From contig JAHEOE010000071.1 of assembly GCA_018609785.1 (NCBI GenBank), positions 1 through 29,828 on the forward strand: a stretch of DNA of 29,828 nucleotides, given 5' to 3'. Every line of letters begins with the position of its first letter. Position 1 is the first letter of the stretch. Below the pieces are notes generated by a model. That model was not told where the DNA came from. It did no database searches and saw only the letters and a list, made by a program, of their open reading frames with translations. The stretch is from Minisyncoccota bacterium (GTDB lineage Bacteria; Patescibacteriota; Minisyncoccia; SW-4-49-11). Shown piece by piece: positions 7,775-15,586 of this stretch. Made by a program: the position numbers and the translations under genes.

Positions 7775-8946
7775 GTCCGTTATTCGGAAAAAAGAAAAAC
7801 AAAACATATCATCTAGCCTTAGACATCGGTACCCAGTATGCGAAAGCGGTCCAATTTAGTATTGGTGAAGAGAATGAAGTTGAAATTTGGGGTACGGGGC
7901 TTAACAAACAGCGTGATGGAGCTGTGGAAAACGGACGAATTAAGCATAGTTCTCGAGTGGCGCGAGTAGTTGAAAATACGGCTATTGAGGCGAATCATTT
8001 TGACAGTTTTGAAAATACGTCACTGTTGGTAGGCCTCTCGGGGGCTTATGTTAAAGAACATATCACCACTGCGTGGCATCGACGTGCTAAACCACGTAAG
8101 AAAATAAAAAATGGAGAATGGGAGCAAATTGTAGAAAGTCTTCGGGCCCAGGTCGAAGAAAGCACTCCGGAATGGGATACTGATTTACGTCTTGCACACA
8201 GTTCATTGGTTAGTACTTCGGTTGATGATGAACGAGTACAGTCCCCGGTAGGGACAAAAGGTGAACGATTGGAAGCTCAGGTTTTTCGTACGTACGCTCC
8301 CAAAGAACATCTACAAACTCTTGAAGAAATGGCCGAGGGAATGGAAATATCCGTCTCGGGAATGATTTCGGAAAGTTTTGCCACAGCCCAGTTGATTTCC
8401 GCCTATTATCCGCAAGCGGACTTTCTTTTGGTAGATATTGGTAGTTCAACTACCACCGTTTCCCGTATTGAAGGAGGACTTATTCAACAGACTACCTACT
8501 TTAGCATTGGAGGTTTAAGCTTTACTCGGCGCATAGCGCAAGAGTTGGAGACGTCATTTGTAGAGGCGGAGAGTGTCAAGGTGCAGTATTCCATGGCTCA
8601 GCTCTCCAAAAAAATCTCTCATAAATTGGCTGAGTTGTTAAAGGAAGATGTACGTATGTGGGTGGAAGGACTGGAAGTGAGTTTACATATGTTAACTCGC
8701 AATAAGCGAGACCGGTTACCTTCTGTCATTCTTCTGCACGGAGGAGGTTCCAACTTGATCGGTATTAAGGAAGCGTTGGAATTTGACACCTGGTACGAAA
8801 ATGTGGCTTTTCATGAGCGTCCCAAAATCGGCGTTTTTCACCCCACGCAATTAGCAGGAGTGGTGGATTACGCCGGAGCAGCGGATGATCCGTTATATAC
8901 CAATGTCATTGCGCTTGCGGCTTTGGCACCGACATTTAATTCCTGA
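7771..8946 (+). CDS. Divergent FtsA-like actin-fold ATPase
   Basis: LALDIGTQYAK phosphate-1, LLVDIGSSTT phosphate-2, GG..FT..IA..L..SFVEAESVK, L.GGGSNL.GI adenosine motif; ATGA overlap with the upstream gene. Confidence 0.75.
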   Translation: MSPLFGKKKNKTYHLALDIGTQYAKAVQFSIGEENEVEIWGTGLNKQRDGAVENGRIKHSSRVARVVENTAIEANHFDSFENTSLLVGLSGAYVKEHITTAWHRRAKPRKKIKNGEWEQIVESLRAQVEESTPEWDTDLRLAHSSLVSTSVDDERVQSPVGTKGERLEAQVFRTYAPKEHLQTLEEMAEGMEISVSGMISESFATAQLISAYYPQADFLLVDIGSSTTTVSRIEGGLIQQTTYFSIGGLSFTRRIAQELETSFVEAESVKVQYSMAQLSKKISHKLAELLKEDVRMWVEGLEVSLHMLTRNKRDRLPSVILLHGGGSNLIGIKEALEFDTWYENVAFHERPKIGVFHPTQLAGVVDYAGAADDPLYTNVIALAALAPTFNS

Positions 8947-8951
8947 CGTTT

Positions 8952-10478
8952 ATGGCAAAACAAAAATCTGACTATCCTAACTATACTCACGTTATTATTC
9001 ACCGAAATGACACTCTGTCGGATATTCTGTATAGTATTCGGCATACAAAGGAAGAGAAAGTTTTGGTCTATCTTCCCGACCAGATGAAGACGCTTTCTCA
9101 TGTATCCAATGCTCGAATTTTACAGCGTGAACTGGAACGTCAATCAAAGCAGGTGGTCTTTTGTACGCCGGATAGTTCCATCGCGCGGACATTGGAAAGT
9201 CAAGGATTGAGCGTGGAAACGGGGGGAATGGATATTGATGAGAATGAAGAAGATTCTATGCAGGATTCCGATCCGTTCACGGAGTTTTTCCGCTCATATC
9301 CCGGTGAACAAACGTCGTCATCCTCGCAACGGGAGGTCAGTTCGATCGCCCATCAAAAACGTAAACCATGGTATGCTCATTTTTGGGCCATTACCGGAGG
9401 ATTGCTCTTGGGAGTTGCGGTTGTTGTGGTAGCAGTGATGTATTATGTTCCTCAAGCAACGGTGACCATTGCTTTTACGGGAGAACCAATCAAGAAGGAG
9501 TATAAAGTTTTATTTGATCCTTCGCAAAATGAGGCGGATAAGGATAATTTGATAATTCCCGCGACGGTGAAACGTCGTGAAGGGCGAGTGAGTAAGACAT
9601 TCGAAACCTCCGGACAAGCTACGGAAGATAAGAAAACCAGATTGCAACTTACGGTCAAGAATGAGCGTGGCAGGGCACAAAGCATGGCTGCTCAAACGTG
9701 GTTCAGAAGTTCGGAGGGACGTATTTATAAAACTCAGAAATCTGTTGTTGTCCCTGCGGGAGGGGAAATTACCGTTGATGTTGTGGCGAATAAACCCGGC
9801 TATGAATATGTACTTTCTCAAGGAGCGAGGTTGGAAATTCCCGCTTTGGCTACGAGTCGTATTTACGGTGTGGTTGATGAAGTGAAAGAAACCGGAAGTA
9901 CGGCGGGTACGGCATATGTTTCAGAGAAGGATCGAAAAAACGCTCAGGACGAACTTAAACGGATGCTCTCTCAAAAACTTTCCAAGCAAATACGTGACGA
10001 AGCGGAACGAAAAATTACGCTTCTGAATTCGGCCCAGATCTTTGAAGAGGTCTCATATCAGCGGTTGCCTGAAGCAGGCACTGAAACAAAGTCTTTCCGT
10101 CCCACCCTTGAAGCCAAAATCGGAATTCTTGCCTATGATGAGACCGAGCTTTTGGAGATGATTCGGGAGCATGTGGAAAGGCAAACTCCGGAAAACAAGC
10201 GTTTAACCGATAAGGTGAAATTGACGTTTTCGGAGCCTTTGAAAGGAGATCTTGAAGAAGGAATAACTGTACGAGCATTCGGAGAATATACCGCTCATAC
10301 CCGGTTGGATCAGAACCGTGTTCGAGAAGATTTGACGATGAAATCTTTTCAAGAAGTGAGGGATTATATGCAACAGTTTTCCGGAGCCAAAGAAGTCAAT
10401 GTTGAGTTGTCCCCCAAGGTTTGGCCGCGTATGCCCGTATTTAAACGTAATATAACCGTGGAAACCAAAGGAGTATGA
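8952..10478 (+). CDS. Bitopic membrane protein (cytoplasmic N-domain, one TM, large extracytoplasmic region); family often auto-labelled baseplate J-like
   Basis: 508-aa ORF; one hydrophobic segment (FWAITGGLLLGVAVVVVAVMYYVP) followed by P.ATVTI; 5 bp after the FtsA-like stop. Family label from recall, not a search. Confidence 0.6.
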   Translation: MAKQKSDYPNYTHVIIHRNDTLSDILYSIRHTKEEKVLVYLPDQMKTLSHVSNARILQRELERQSKQVVFCTPDSSIARTLESQGLSVETGGMDIDENEEDSMQDSDPFTEFFRSYPGEQTSSSSQREVSSIAHQKRKPWYAHFWAITGGLLLGVAVVVVAVMYYVPQATVTIAFTGEPIKKEYKVLFDPSQNEADKDNLIIPATVKRREGRVSKTFETSGQATEDKKTRLQLTVKNERGRAQSMAAQTWFRSSEGRIYKTQKSVVVPAGGEITVDVVANKPGYEYVLSQGARLEIPALATSRIYGVVDEVKETGSTAGTAYVSEKDRKNAQDELKRMLSQKLSKQIRDEAERKITLLNSAQIFEEVSYQRLPEAGTETKSFRPTLEAKIGILAYDETELLEMIREHVERQTPENKRLTDKVKLTFSEPLKGDLEEGITVRAFGEYTAHTRLDQNRVREDLTMKSFQEVRDYMQQFSGAKEVNVELSPKVWPRMPVFKRNITVETKGV

Positions 10479-10903
10479 TTACCTGGCTTGGTATTATCAT
10501 TCTTATAGGACTTACTGCGGGAGCGTTATGGTATCCGGAACAATGTACCAATCAATTGGAACGGATGGGGATAACGGTATTTTCCGGCAATCAAAGTCAA
10601 CGTACTCGTCACATTCAGTTTCGTACGGGAGTATTAGTCGTTTTTGTTACCATTCTACTTATGATAATTGGTGGTCGACAAATACAGATTGGTATGGCAG
10701 GGGTTGTTTTGGGAATACTGTGTGTGTATTATTCTACAAAGATTGCGCGTATGTTTGGGGCTGATTTACCTTCTTTGGGAGGAATGGCTCCGAATACCGT
10801 AGTAAATGTTACGGGATTGGGATTGATCATGTTTGGTGTAGGATGGATGACAGGCATACTTCAGGACATTTTACGGGCGGTTATAGTTGTTTTTTCCTCG
10901 TAA
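10475..10903 (+). CDS. Hypothetical integral membrane protein (142 aa)
   Basis: About four hydrophobic segments; ATGA overlap with the previous gene. Confidence 0.75.
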   Translation: MITWLGIIILIGLTAGALWYPEQCTNQLERMGITVFSGNQSQRTRHIQFRTGVLVVFVTILLMIIGGRQIQIGMAGVVLGILCVYYSTKIARMFGADLPSLGGMAPNTVVNVTGLGLIMFGVGWMTGILQDILRAVIVVFSS

Positions 10904-10983
10904 ATGCGTATAATACATTCTCCTTGCAAGAATAAGAGAGCTCTGATAATATAAAGATAATCTAAGTATAAGTAGAGAAATAT

Positions 10984-11562
10984 ATGTCGAGTATCCTACG
11001 AAAATTGACCGGTGCTACGGAGTTTGAAGATGAAGATGAAGATATTGAGGAGGAAGAAGATTTGCGAGAAAGCTTGAAAAGCAAATTCAACGATATGGAC
11101 GATGATGACGAAGAGGACGAAGAACCGGAGCCGCCGCGAAAAGAGAAAACGCGTGCCAAAGAAAAAGAACCTGAGGAGGAGTCTTATATCGAAGAACGTC
11201 AGGCTCGGCATGCTCAACAAGATGACGAAGATGACGCCGAAGGAGTTCTTACCATTGATGTGTATCAGACCGAAAATGATATTGTTATCGTCTCTACGAT
11301 TGCGGGTGTTACGTCAAATGATCTGGAGGTTTCCATCACCAATGATATGGTCACCATTAAAGGCGAGCGTCGAAATGTGGCGGATGTCCGAGATGATGAT
11401 TATTTTTATCAGGAATGTTATTGGGGGTCGTTTTCCCGCTCGGTAATTTTGCCGATTGATGTAGATGCCGAAAATGCCAAAGCCGAACTTAAAGATGGTG
11501 TTTTGCAGGTCTTTTTGCCGAAGTCGGAAAAGGTGAAAAGCAAGCGAATTCCGATTAAGTAA
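10984..11562 (+). CDS. Hsp20/alpha-crystallin small heat-shock protein with acidic N-terminal extension
   Basis: IDVYQTENDIVI...IAGV...DLEV......VTIKGER; EC.WGSFSRSVILP..VD.....AELKDGVL.V.LPK; C-terminal IPI motif. Confidence 0.95.
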   Translation: MSSILRKLTGATEFEDEDEDIEEEEDLRESLKSKFNDMDDDDEEDEEPEPPRKEKTRAKEKEPEEESYIEERQARHAQQDDEDDAEGVLTIDVYQTENDIVIVSTIAGVTSNDLEVSITNDMVTIKGERRNVADVRDDDYFYQECYWGSFSRSVILPIDVDAENAKAELKDGVLQVFLPKSEKVKSKRIPIK

Positions 11563-11590
11563 AAGATTGGAAGGTATATTTTGACTGTAT

Positions 11591-11615
11591 GCGGCGGAGC
11601 TTCCGTCGCTTTTTT
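11591..11615 (+). terminator. Intrinsic terminator after hsp20
   Basis: gcggcgga-gct-tccgtcgc stem followed by a T-run. Confidence 0.75.
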
Positions 11616-11616
11616 C

Positions 11617-11645
11617 TTGACGTGAAAAAAAATACGCGGTATACT
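11617..11645 (+). promoter_or_regulatory. sigma70 promoter of rplJL
   Basis: TTGACG (11617-11622), 17 bp, TATACT (11640-11645). Confidence 0.8.
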
Positions 11646-11654
11646 CTATGGTAA

Positions 11655-11755
11655 CAGCCCGAGACCATCGGCGGGACCATGTCCGTAAGTGACCGATGCA
11701 GGTTCGAATAGAGAATATCGTGTTCAATATTCGGTAGCTTGTTGTGTCTCGGCTG
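11655..11755 (+). ncRNA. Ribosomal protein L10 leader (autoregulatory cis element)
   Basis: Between promoter and rplJ; outer stem cagcc(c)gagac/gtctcggctg, inner AGAC-catcgg...TAA...ccgatg-CAGG resembling the L10-leader core; extra gaatat/atattc hairpin. Confidence 0.7.
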
Positions 11756-11790
11756 GAGTGGTCGAGAATTTTTTAGTAATCGAATCGTAT

Positions 11791-12315
11791 ATGCCACTGA
11801 CTAAATCGCAAAAGAAAGAGGTTGTCAAAGAATTGACCGATCTCGTTGGATCTCATGAAGGTGCGATTTTCGTTCGGTTTGGCGGTAGTGACGTAGAGAC
11901 GGTTCGTTCCTTCCGGCGTACAATACGTGCCGAAGAGGGGACGTATAAAGTAGTGAAGAAAACTTTACTCGCCAAAGCCTTTCGGTTGAATGGTATGCAT
12001 GGTGATCCTGTTTTGGAGCTTGATGGTAATCTTGGTGTGATTTTCGGACCTGATCCGGTTACCGCAGCCAAAACGGTTCATACGTTCGCAAAGAGTGTAG
12101 ATACCATGGAACTTACCGGTGGTGTGCTTAACGACCGCTTTCTCTCTGCTGAGGAGGCGGAAGCTTTGGCCCAATTACCCTCACGCGAGCAATTGTACGC
12201 TCAGGTTTTGGGAACGCTTACCGCGCCTATGTCGGATATGATGTCCATTTTGAACGGAAACGCACGCAGCTTCGTACAGCTGTTGAGCTCATACCGTGAC
12301 GCTCAAAGCGCATAA
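11791..12315 (+). CDS. rplJ: 50S ribosomal protein L10
   Basis: MPLTKSQKKEVVKEL, YKVVKKTL, LAQLPSREQLYAQVLG; ATG 11791 is in frame with the track ORF at 11689. Confidence 0.95.
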   Translation: MPLTKSQKKEVVKELTDLVGSHEGAIFVRFGGSDVETVRSFRRTIRAEEGTYKVVKKTLLAKAFRLNGMHGDPVLELDGNLGVIFGPDPVTAAKTVHTFAKSVDTMELTGGVLNDRFLSAEEAEALAQLPSREQLYAQVLGTLTAPMSDMMSILNGNARSFVQLLSSYRDAQSA

Positions 12316-12333
12316 ATAAGATAATTTTACCGT

Positions 12334-12765
12334 ATGGCAGAAGAACAAGAAGCCACGCAACAAGAACAGGTAGAAGTACCGGAAAAATTCCAAGACATTG
12401 TGGAACGTGTAGAGCAGATGAGTGTGTTGGAACTCTCCGAACTTGTAAAAGTTCTTGAAGATCGACTTGGTGTCTCCGCAGCCGCTCCTGTCGCCGCCGC
12501 TCCTGCCGCCGCGGGAGGTGGAGAAGAAGCCGGTGGAGAAGAAGAAGCCGAACAGACCTCCTTTGATGTGGTGATCAATGATCCGGGAAGTTCTAAGATC
12601 CAAGTGGTTAAAGCTGTTAAAGCGGAAACCGGACTTGGACTCAAGGAAGCCAAAGAGATCGTGGACAATCCGCCCGGCACTGTCAAGGAAGGTGTGGACA
12701 AAGAGTCCGCGCAAGAATTGGTCAGCCAGTTGCAAGAACTTGGTGCCGATGTGGAGATGAAGTAA
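12334..12765 (+). CDS. rplL: 50S ribosomal protein L7/L12
   Basis: [53 protein letters not shown]. Confidence 0.97.
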   Translation: MAEEQEATQQEQVEVPEKFQDIVERVEQMSVLELSELVKVLEDRLGVSAAAPVAAAPAAAGGGEEAGGEEEAEQTSFDVVINDPGSSKIQVVKAVKAETGLGLKEAKEIVDNPPGTVKEGVDKESAQELVSQLQELGADVEMK

Positions 12766-12796
12766 GACTTCATCATGAGAACTAGTTTCTCGGAGA

Positions 12797-12838
12797 CAGA
12801 GGACATTTCCATTCGGGGGAGTGTTCTCTGCTTTTTTT
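12797..12838 (+). terminator. Intrinsic terminator after rplL
   Basis: cagaggacat/gtgttctctg stem plus 7 T; the T-run is shared with the solo TIR. Confidence 0.65.
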
Positions 12839-12851
12839 GAGATGGCCTCTA
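12834..12851. repeat. Solo terminal inverted repeat of the TIR-hairpin element family
   Basis: tttttgagatggcctcta is identical to the right end of the element at 17480-17646; no convincing partner end. Confidence 0.75.
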
Positions 12852-12863
12852 CATGTTTTCTAA

Positions 12864-12892
12864 TTGACCCTGTGAGGAAAATTTGCTACATT
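12864..12892 (+). promoter_or_regulatory. sigma70 promoter (extended -10)
   Basis: TTGACC, 17 bp, TACATT preceded by TGn. Confidence 0.6.
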
Positions 12893-12917
12893 ACGGAGTG
12901 TAACGCATAGAATCGAT

Positions 12918-13514
12918 ATGTTGCAGAAAGGTCCGCTTACGTATCTCTTTGGACACAACAAGCTTAAATTGCTTCGGTTCTTTTTTTATAATCCCGATTC
13001 TTATATTTCCTTCAGAGAGATTGCGCGACGTACCAAAATCTCACAGAAGAAATTGGAAGAAGAGTTGAAAGAGGCGAAAAAGTATGAAGTAATTCTTGAA
13101 GACGAGGAAAATGGAGAAGCGGTATATACGTTAAATCGAGGTATCCCCGTTTTTGAAGGTCTGGAACGCGTGGTCTTTGAGTTGGGAGAACCGTTTTTCC
13201 GAGAAATGGCTGATAAAGTGGAGCGTGTGGGAGATGTTCAGGCGGTGATTTTGCAGGGTGTATTCGTAGAACGTTCTGAAGATCGTATTGATATGTGTTT
13301 GATCGTCGATAACGTAGACAAGAAAAAGTTAACCGCTTTTGTGCGGACTGTAGAAGCGGAACTTGGTACTGAAGTTCGGTATACGCTTATGTCCACGGAT
13401 GAGTTTGTATATCGGCGAGAGATGTTTGATCGGTTTGTTTGGAACTTAATCGAGAATGGACAAAAGCGGGTTCTTTTTGATAGAATAGGGATCGAGGAAG
13501 AAAAAAACTCTTAG
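12918..13514 (+). CDS. Winged-HTH + minimal nucleotidyltransferase-fold-like protein
   Basis: N-terminal LFG..KLKLLRFFF.NP.....FREIARR HTH; C-terminal AVILQGVFV.....RIDMCLI...E.ELG.EVRYTLMS..EF resembles a degenerate MNT fold. Confidence 0.6.
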   Translation: MLQKGPLTYLFGHNKLKLLRFFFYNPDSYISFREIARRTKISQKKLEEELKEAKKYEVILEDEENGEAVYTLNRGIPVFEGLERVVFELGEPFFREMADKVERVGDVQAVILQGVFVERSEDRIDMCLIVDNVDKKKLTAFVRTVEAELGTEVRYTLMSTDEFVYRREMFDRFVWNLIENGQKRVLFDRIGIEEEKNS

Positions 13515-13542
13515 GGTGCTTTTCTTTCAAAAGAACGTATCT

Positions 13543-13619
13543 GCCGCGATAGCTCAGCTGGTAGAGCACGGGTCTGAAGAACCCGGATCGCGTAGGTTCA
13601 AGTCCTACTCGCGGCACCA
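13543..13619 (+). tRNA. tRNA-Phe (GAA)
   Basis: Full cloverleaf GCCGCGA...TCGCGGC-A-CCA; anticodon loop CT-GAA-GA; T-arm GTAGG-TTCAAGT-CCTAC; CCA encoded. Confidence 0.95.
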
Positions 13620-13625
13620 TTTTAT

Positions 13626-13785
13626 GAGAATGTATCTTAAAAATCTTTTATCTTCTAGTAATATACTATATAGCAACGAAACTTTCTTTCCCTCGAAGTT
13701 TTTAAGTGACCGTTCGAATTTTGATAAAGAGTGAGATGCTCCGAAAGGGGGCGGAGGAATTCTCCTAAGTTTAAGATGACTTCTA
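13626..13785. repeat. Possible degenerate TIR-bounded element
   Basis: Right end tttaagatgacttcta matches the reverse complement of the 17480 TIR at 15/16; weak left end gagaatgtatcttaaa; span ~160 bp, but the family hairpin is not recognisable. Confidence 0.4.
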
Positions 13786-14775
13786 GTGAGTAATGATATG
13801 TATATTCGGCACAGGCATACGGGAAAAGGAGGACGGTTGGATGTTATTCTTTCCCGTAAAGCTCCGGATTTCTCGCGTGAAGATATAAAGAGAGCAATTC
13901 GAGAAGGATTTGTAACGGTGAATTCCGATGTGGTTACCAAGCCGGGACGAACTATTTCGGACGGAGAATTTGTAGAAATGAACCTCATGAGGTTCAAAAA
14001 AAGTTTTTATCAGAACGCTGCCGGATATCAATCGGATATCGAGCAAATCACCCAACAGATTGATATTATTGCCGAATATCCTGACTTTCTTGTCGTCAAC
14101 AAGCCCGCCGGACTTCTGGTACATCAGACGCATAATCCGCATGATATTTCTCTCGTGGATATTCTTACGAAATGGTACCCCGAAATGCATGGAGTGGGGG
14201 AGTCATTTACAGAGCAAAACCGGAGCGGGATTGTTCATAGAATTGATAAAGACACGAGCGGTCTGCTTGTTGTGGCACGTACGGAACATGGATACAGAAA
14301 TCTCAAACAGCAATTCAAAAACCGGACAGTGAAAAAAGAGTACATGGCGATTGTGCGTGGTACGCTTTCCTCGGCTTTCGGACAGATTACCTATAACGTG
14401 GCACGGTCAAAGACAGACCACACCCGTCGGACAGTTGTAACCGAAGAAACGCCCAAACGGCAGTATTCGGGTACCCCGCGAAAGGCGCATACCGAATATG
14501 AAGTTGTAGCATACGGAACATGGCATACCATACCGGTAACTAATGTACGCGTCTGGCTTCATACCGGACGTACCCATCAGATCAGATTACATTTTAAAGC
14601 GATCGGTCATCCGTTGTTGGGGGATAAGATGTACGGGGGGAAATGGGAAAAATATGAGTCACCGGCGGTGCGTCAATTGCTTCATGCATCACGGTTGGCG
14701 TTCACCTATAACGGAGAAACATATGATTTTTCGGTTGATATTCCGGAGGAAATGAAGATTGTAGGAAGTGGATAG
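13786..14775 (+). CDS. rluD: RluA-family (RluD-like) 23S rRNA pseudouridine synthase with S4 domain
   Basis: RLDVIL...SR..I...I.EG.V.VN (S4), VVNKPAGL, GIVHRIDKDTSGLL, TGRTHQIRLH, GD..YG, LHA. GTG start at 13786 or ATG at 13798. Confidence 0.9.
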   Translation: MSNDMYIRHRHTGKGGRLDVILSRKAPDFSREDIKRAIREGFVTVNSDVVTKPGRTISDGEFVEMNLMRFKKSFYQNAAGYQSDIEQITQQIDIIAEYPDFLVVNKPAGLLVHQTHNPHDISLVDILTKWYPEMHGVGESFTEQNRSGIVHRIDKDTSGLLVVARTEHGYRNLKQQFKNRTVKKEYMAIVRGTLSSAFGQITYNVARSKTDHTRRTVVTEETPKRQYSGTPRKAHTEYEVVAYGTWHTIPVTNVRVWLHTGRTHQIRLHFKAIGHPLLGDKMYGGKWEKYESPAVRQLLHASRLAFTYNGETYDFSVDIPEEMKIVGSG

Positions 14776-14781
14776 ACAGTT

Positions 14782-14868
14782 GATATACGGTAGCGGGTAC
14801 GGTTGTGTAAACAGTAGCAAGTAGTGAGTAGCAGGTAGCAAGTAATTAGAATTTGGTATTTTGAATTT
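14782..14868. repeat. Modular repeat: 23-bp unit + 7-nt periodic tract (module E)
   Basis: gatatacggtagcgggtacggtt, then heptamers agtagca/agtagtg/agtagca/ggtagca/agtaatt/agaattt/ggtattt/tgaattt; 14801-14866 matches the reverse complement of 22446-22511 at 61/66, including a 37-bp exact run. Confidence 0.9.
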
Positions 14869-15037
14869 AGAGCCCATCTCAAAATTATTGAAGGTGGAAG
14901 TCTATGAAGGCGACAGAGACGTATTCACTGGCATTTAATGCCTACGGCCTACCATACCCAAAATTCGTTCATACGCTCTGTCGCCTTCATATGGGTATAA
15001 TAGAGGGGATGAAAGAATATTTTTGAGATGGCTTCTA
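14868..15037 (+). mobile_element. MITE-like TIR-hairpin element, copy 1
   Basis: TAgagcccatctcaaaa...ttttgagatggcttcTA ends; internal stem 14903-14924/14971-14991; homologs at 18841, 25323 (inverted) and 17480. Confidence 0.8.
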
Positions 15038-15046
15038 GAAATGGTT

Positions 15047-15586
15047 CTAAAGAACATCTAAATCTCGGAGGACACGTTCATACGTGTTGAGGATTTCTTC
15101 GGCATCCGAGAGAGCAATATGGTATTCGGAACTGTGGACGATTTCGTTGCGAACTTTATGAACGTACCACAGTTGTTCCAGACGAGGAAAGGTTTCTTGA
15201 TCAAGCTGTTTGAGACGCTCTCCCATGGAACTCCCCTCATATCCCCGATCTTTGAGAACATTGTCGACCAATTTGTCCGCTTCGATGATTGCCAGTTGGT
15301 AATGCCCTTCGTCTTCTGTGGTAAGTCGATTGCGAATTTCTTCCCATCGTTTGGTCGTGGCACTTTTGGTTTCGGGCGCTGCCGTACTGCTATCAGAGCG
15401 GGATTGGGGTGGTAAATAAAAAGAGTTCATTTGGCGTCGGTCTTCCAGAAATGATGAGTTACGCAATAACCAAATGATTCCCCCGATAAGCGCAAGGGAG
15501 AATACGGCAGAAATCAGTTTTGCCGCTACAACAAGAACGACAAAAATAGATCGAAGTTCACTGACGAATGTATCTATCCCAGACAT
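15047..15586 (-). CDS. Membrane-anchored hypothetical protein with HEPN-like RxxxxH motif
   Basis: N-terminal hydrophobic segment; helical C-domain AIIEADKLVD...MGERLK...HKVRNEIVH; start overlaps the gatA 3' end by 29 nt. Confidence 0.7.
   Translation of the reverse strand: MSGIDTFVSELRSIFVVLVVAAKLISAVFSLALIGGIIWLLRNSSFLEDRRQMNSFYLPPQSRSDSSTAAPETKSATTKRWEEIRNRLTTEDEGHYQLAIIEADKLVDNVLKDRGYEGSSMGERLKQLDQETFPRLEQLWYVHKVRNEIVHSSEYHIALSDAEEILNTYERVLRDLDVL

Noticed and set aside
8952-10478. Prophage or contractile-tail locus suggested by the baseplate J-like label
   Set aside because: No other phage structural, packaging or integrase genes; the protein has a TM anchor and is coupled to housekeeping genes.
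10904-10983. CIRCE/HrcA operator before hsp20
   Set aside because: TTAGCACTC-N9-GAGTGCTAA is not present.
12327-12812. Long antisense ORFs over rplL and other genes (e.g. 12327-12812, 26701-27294, 27496-27978)
   Set aside because: Shadow frames of well-supported genes with no independent motifs.
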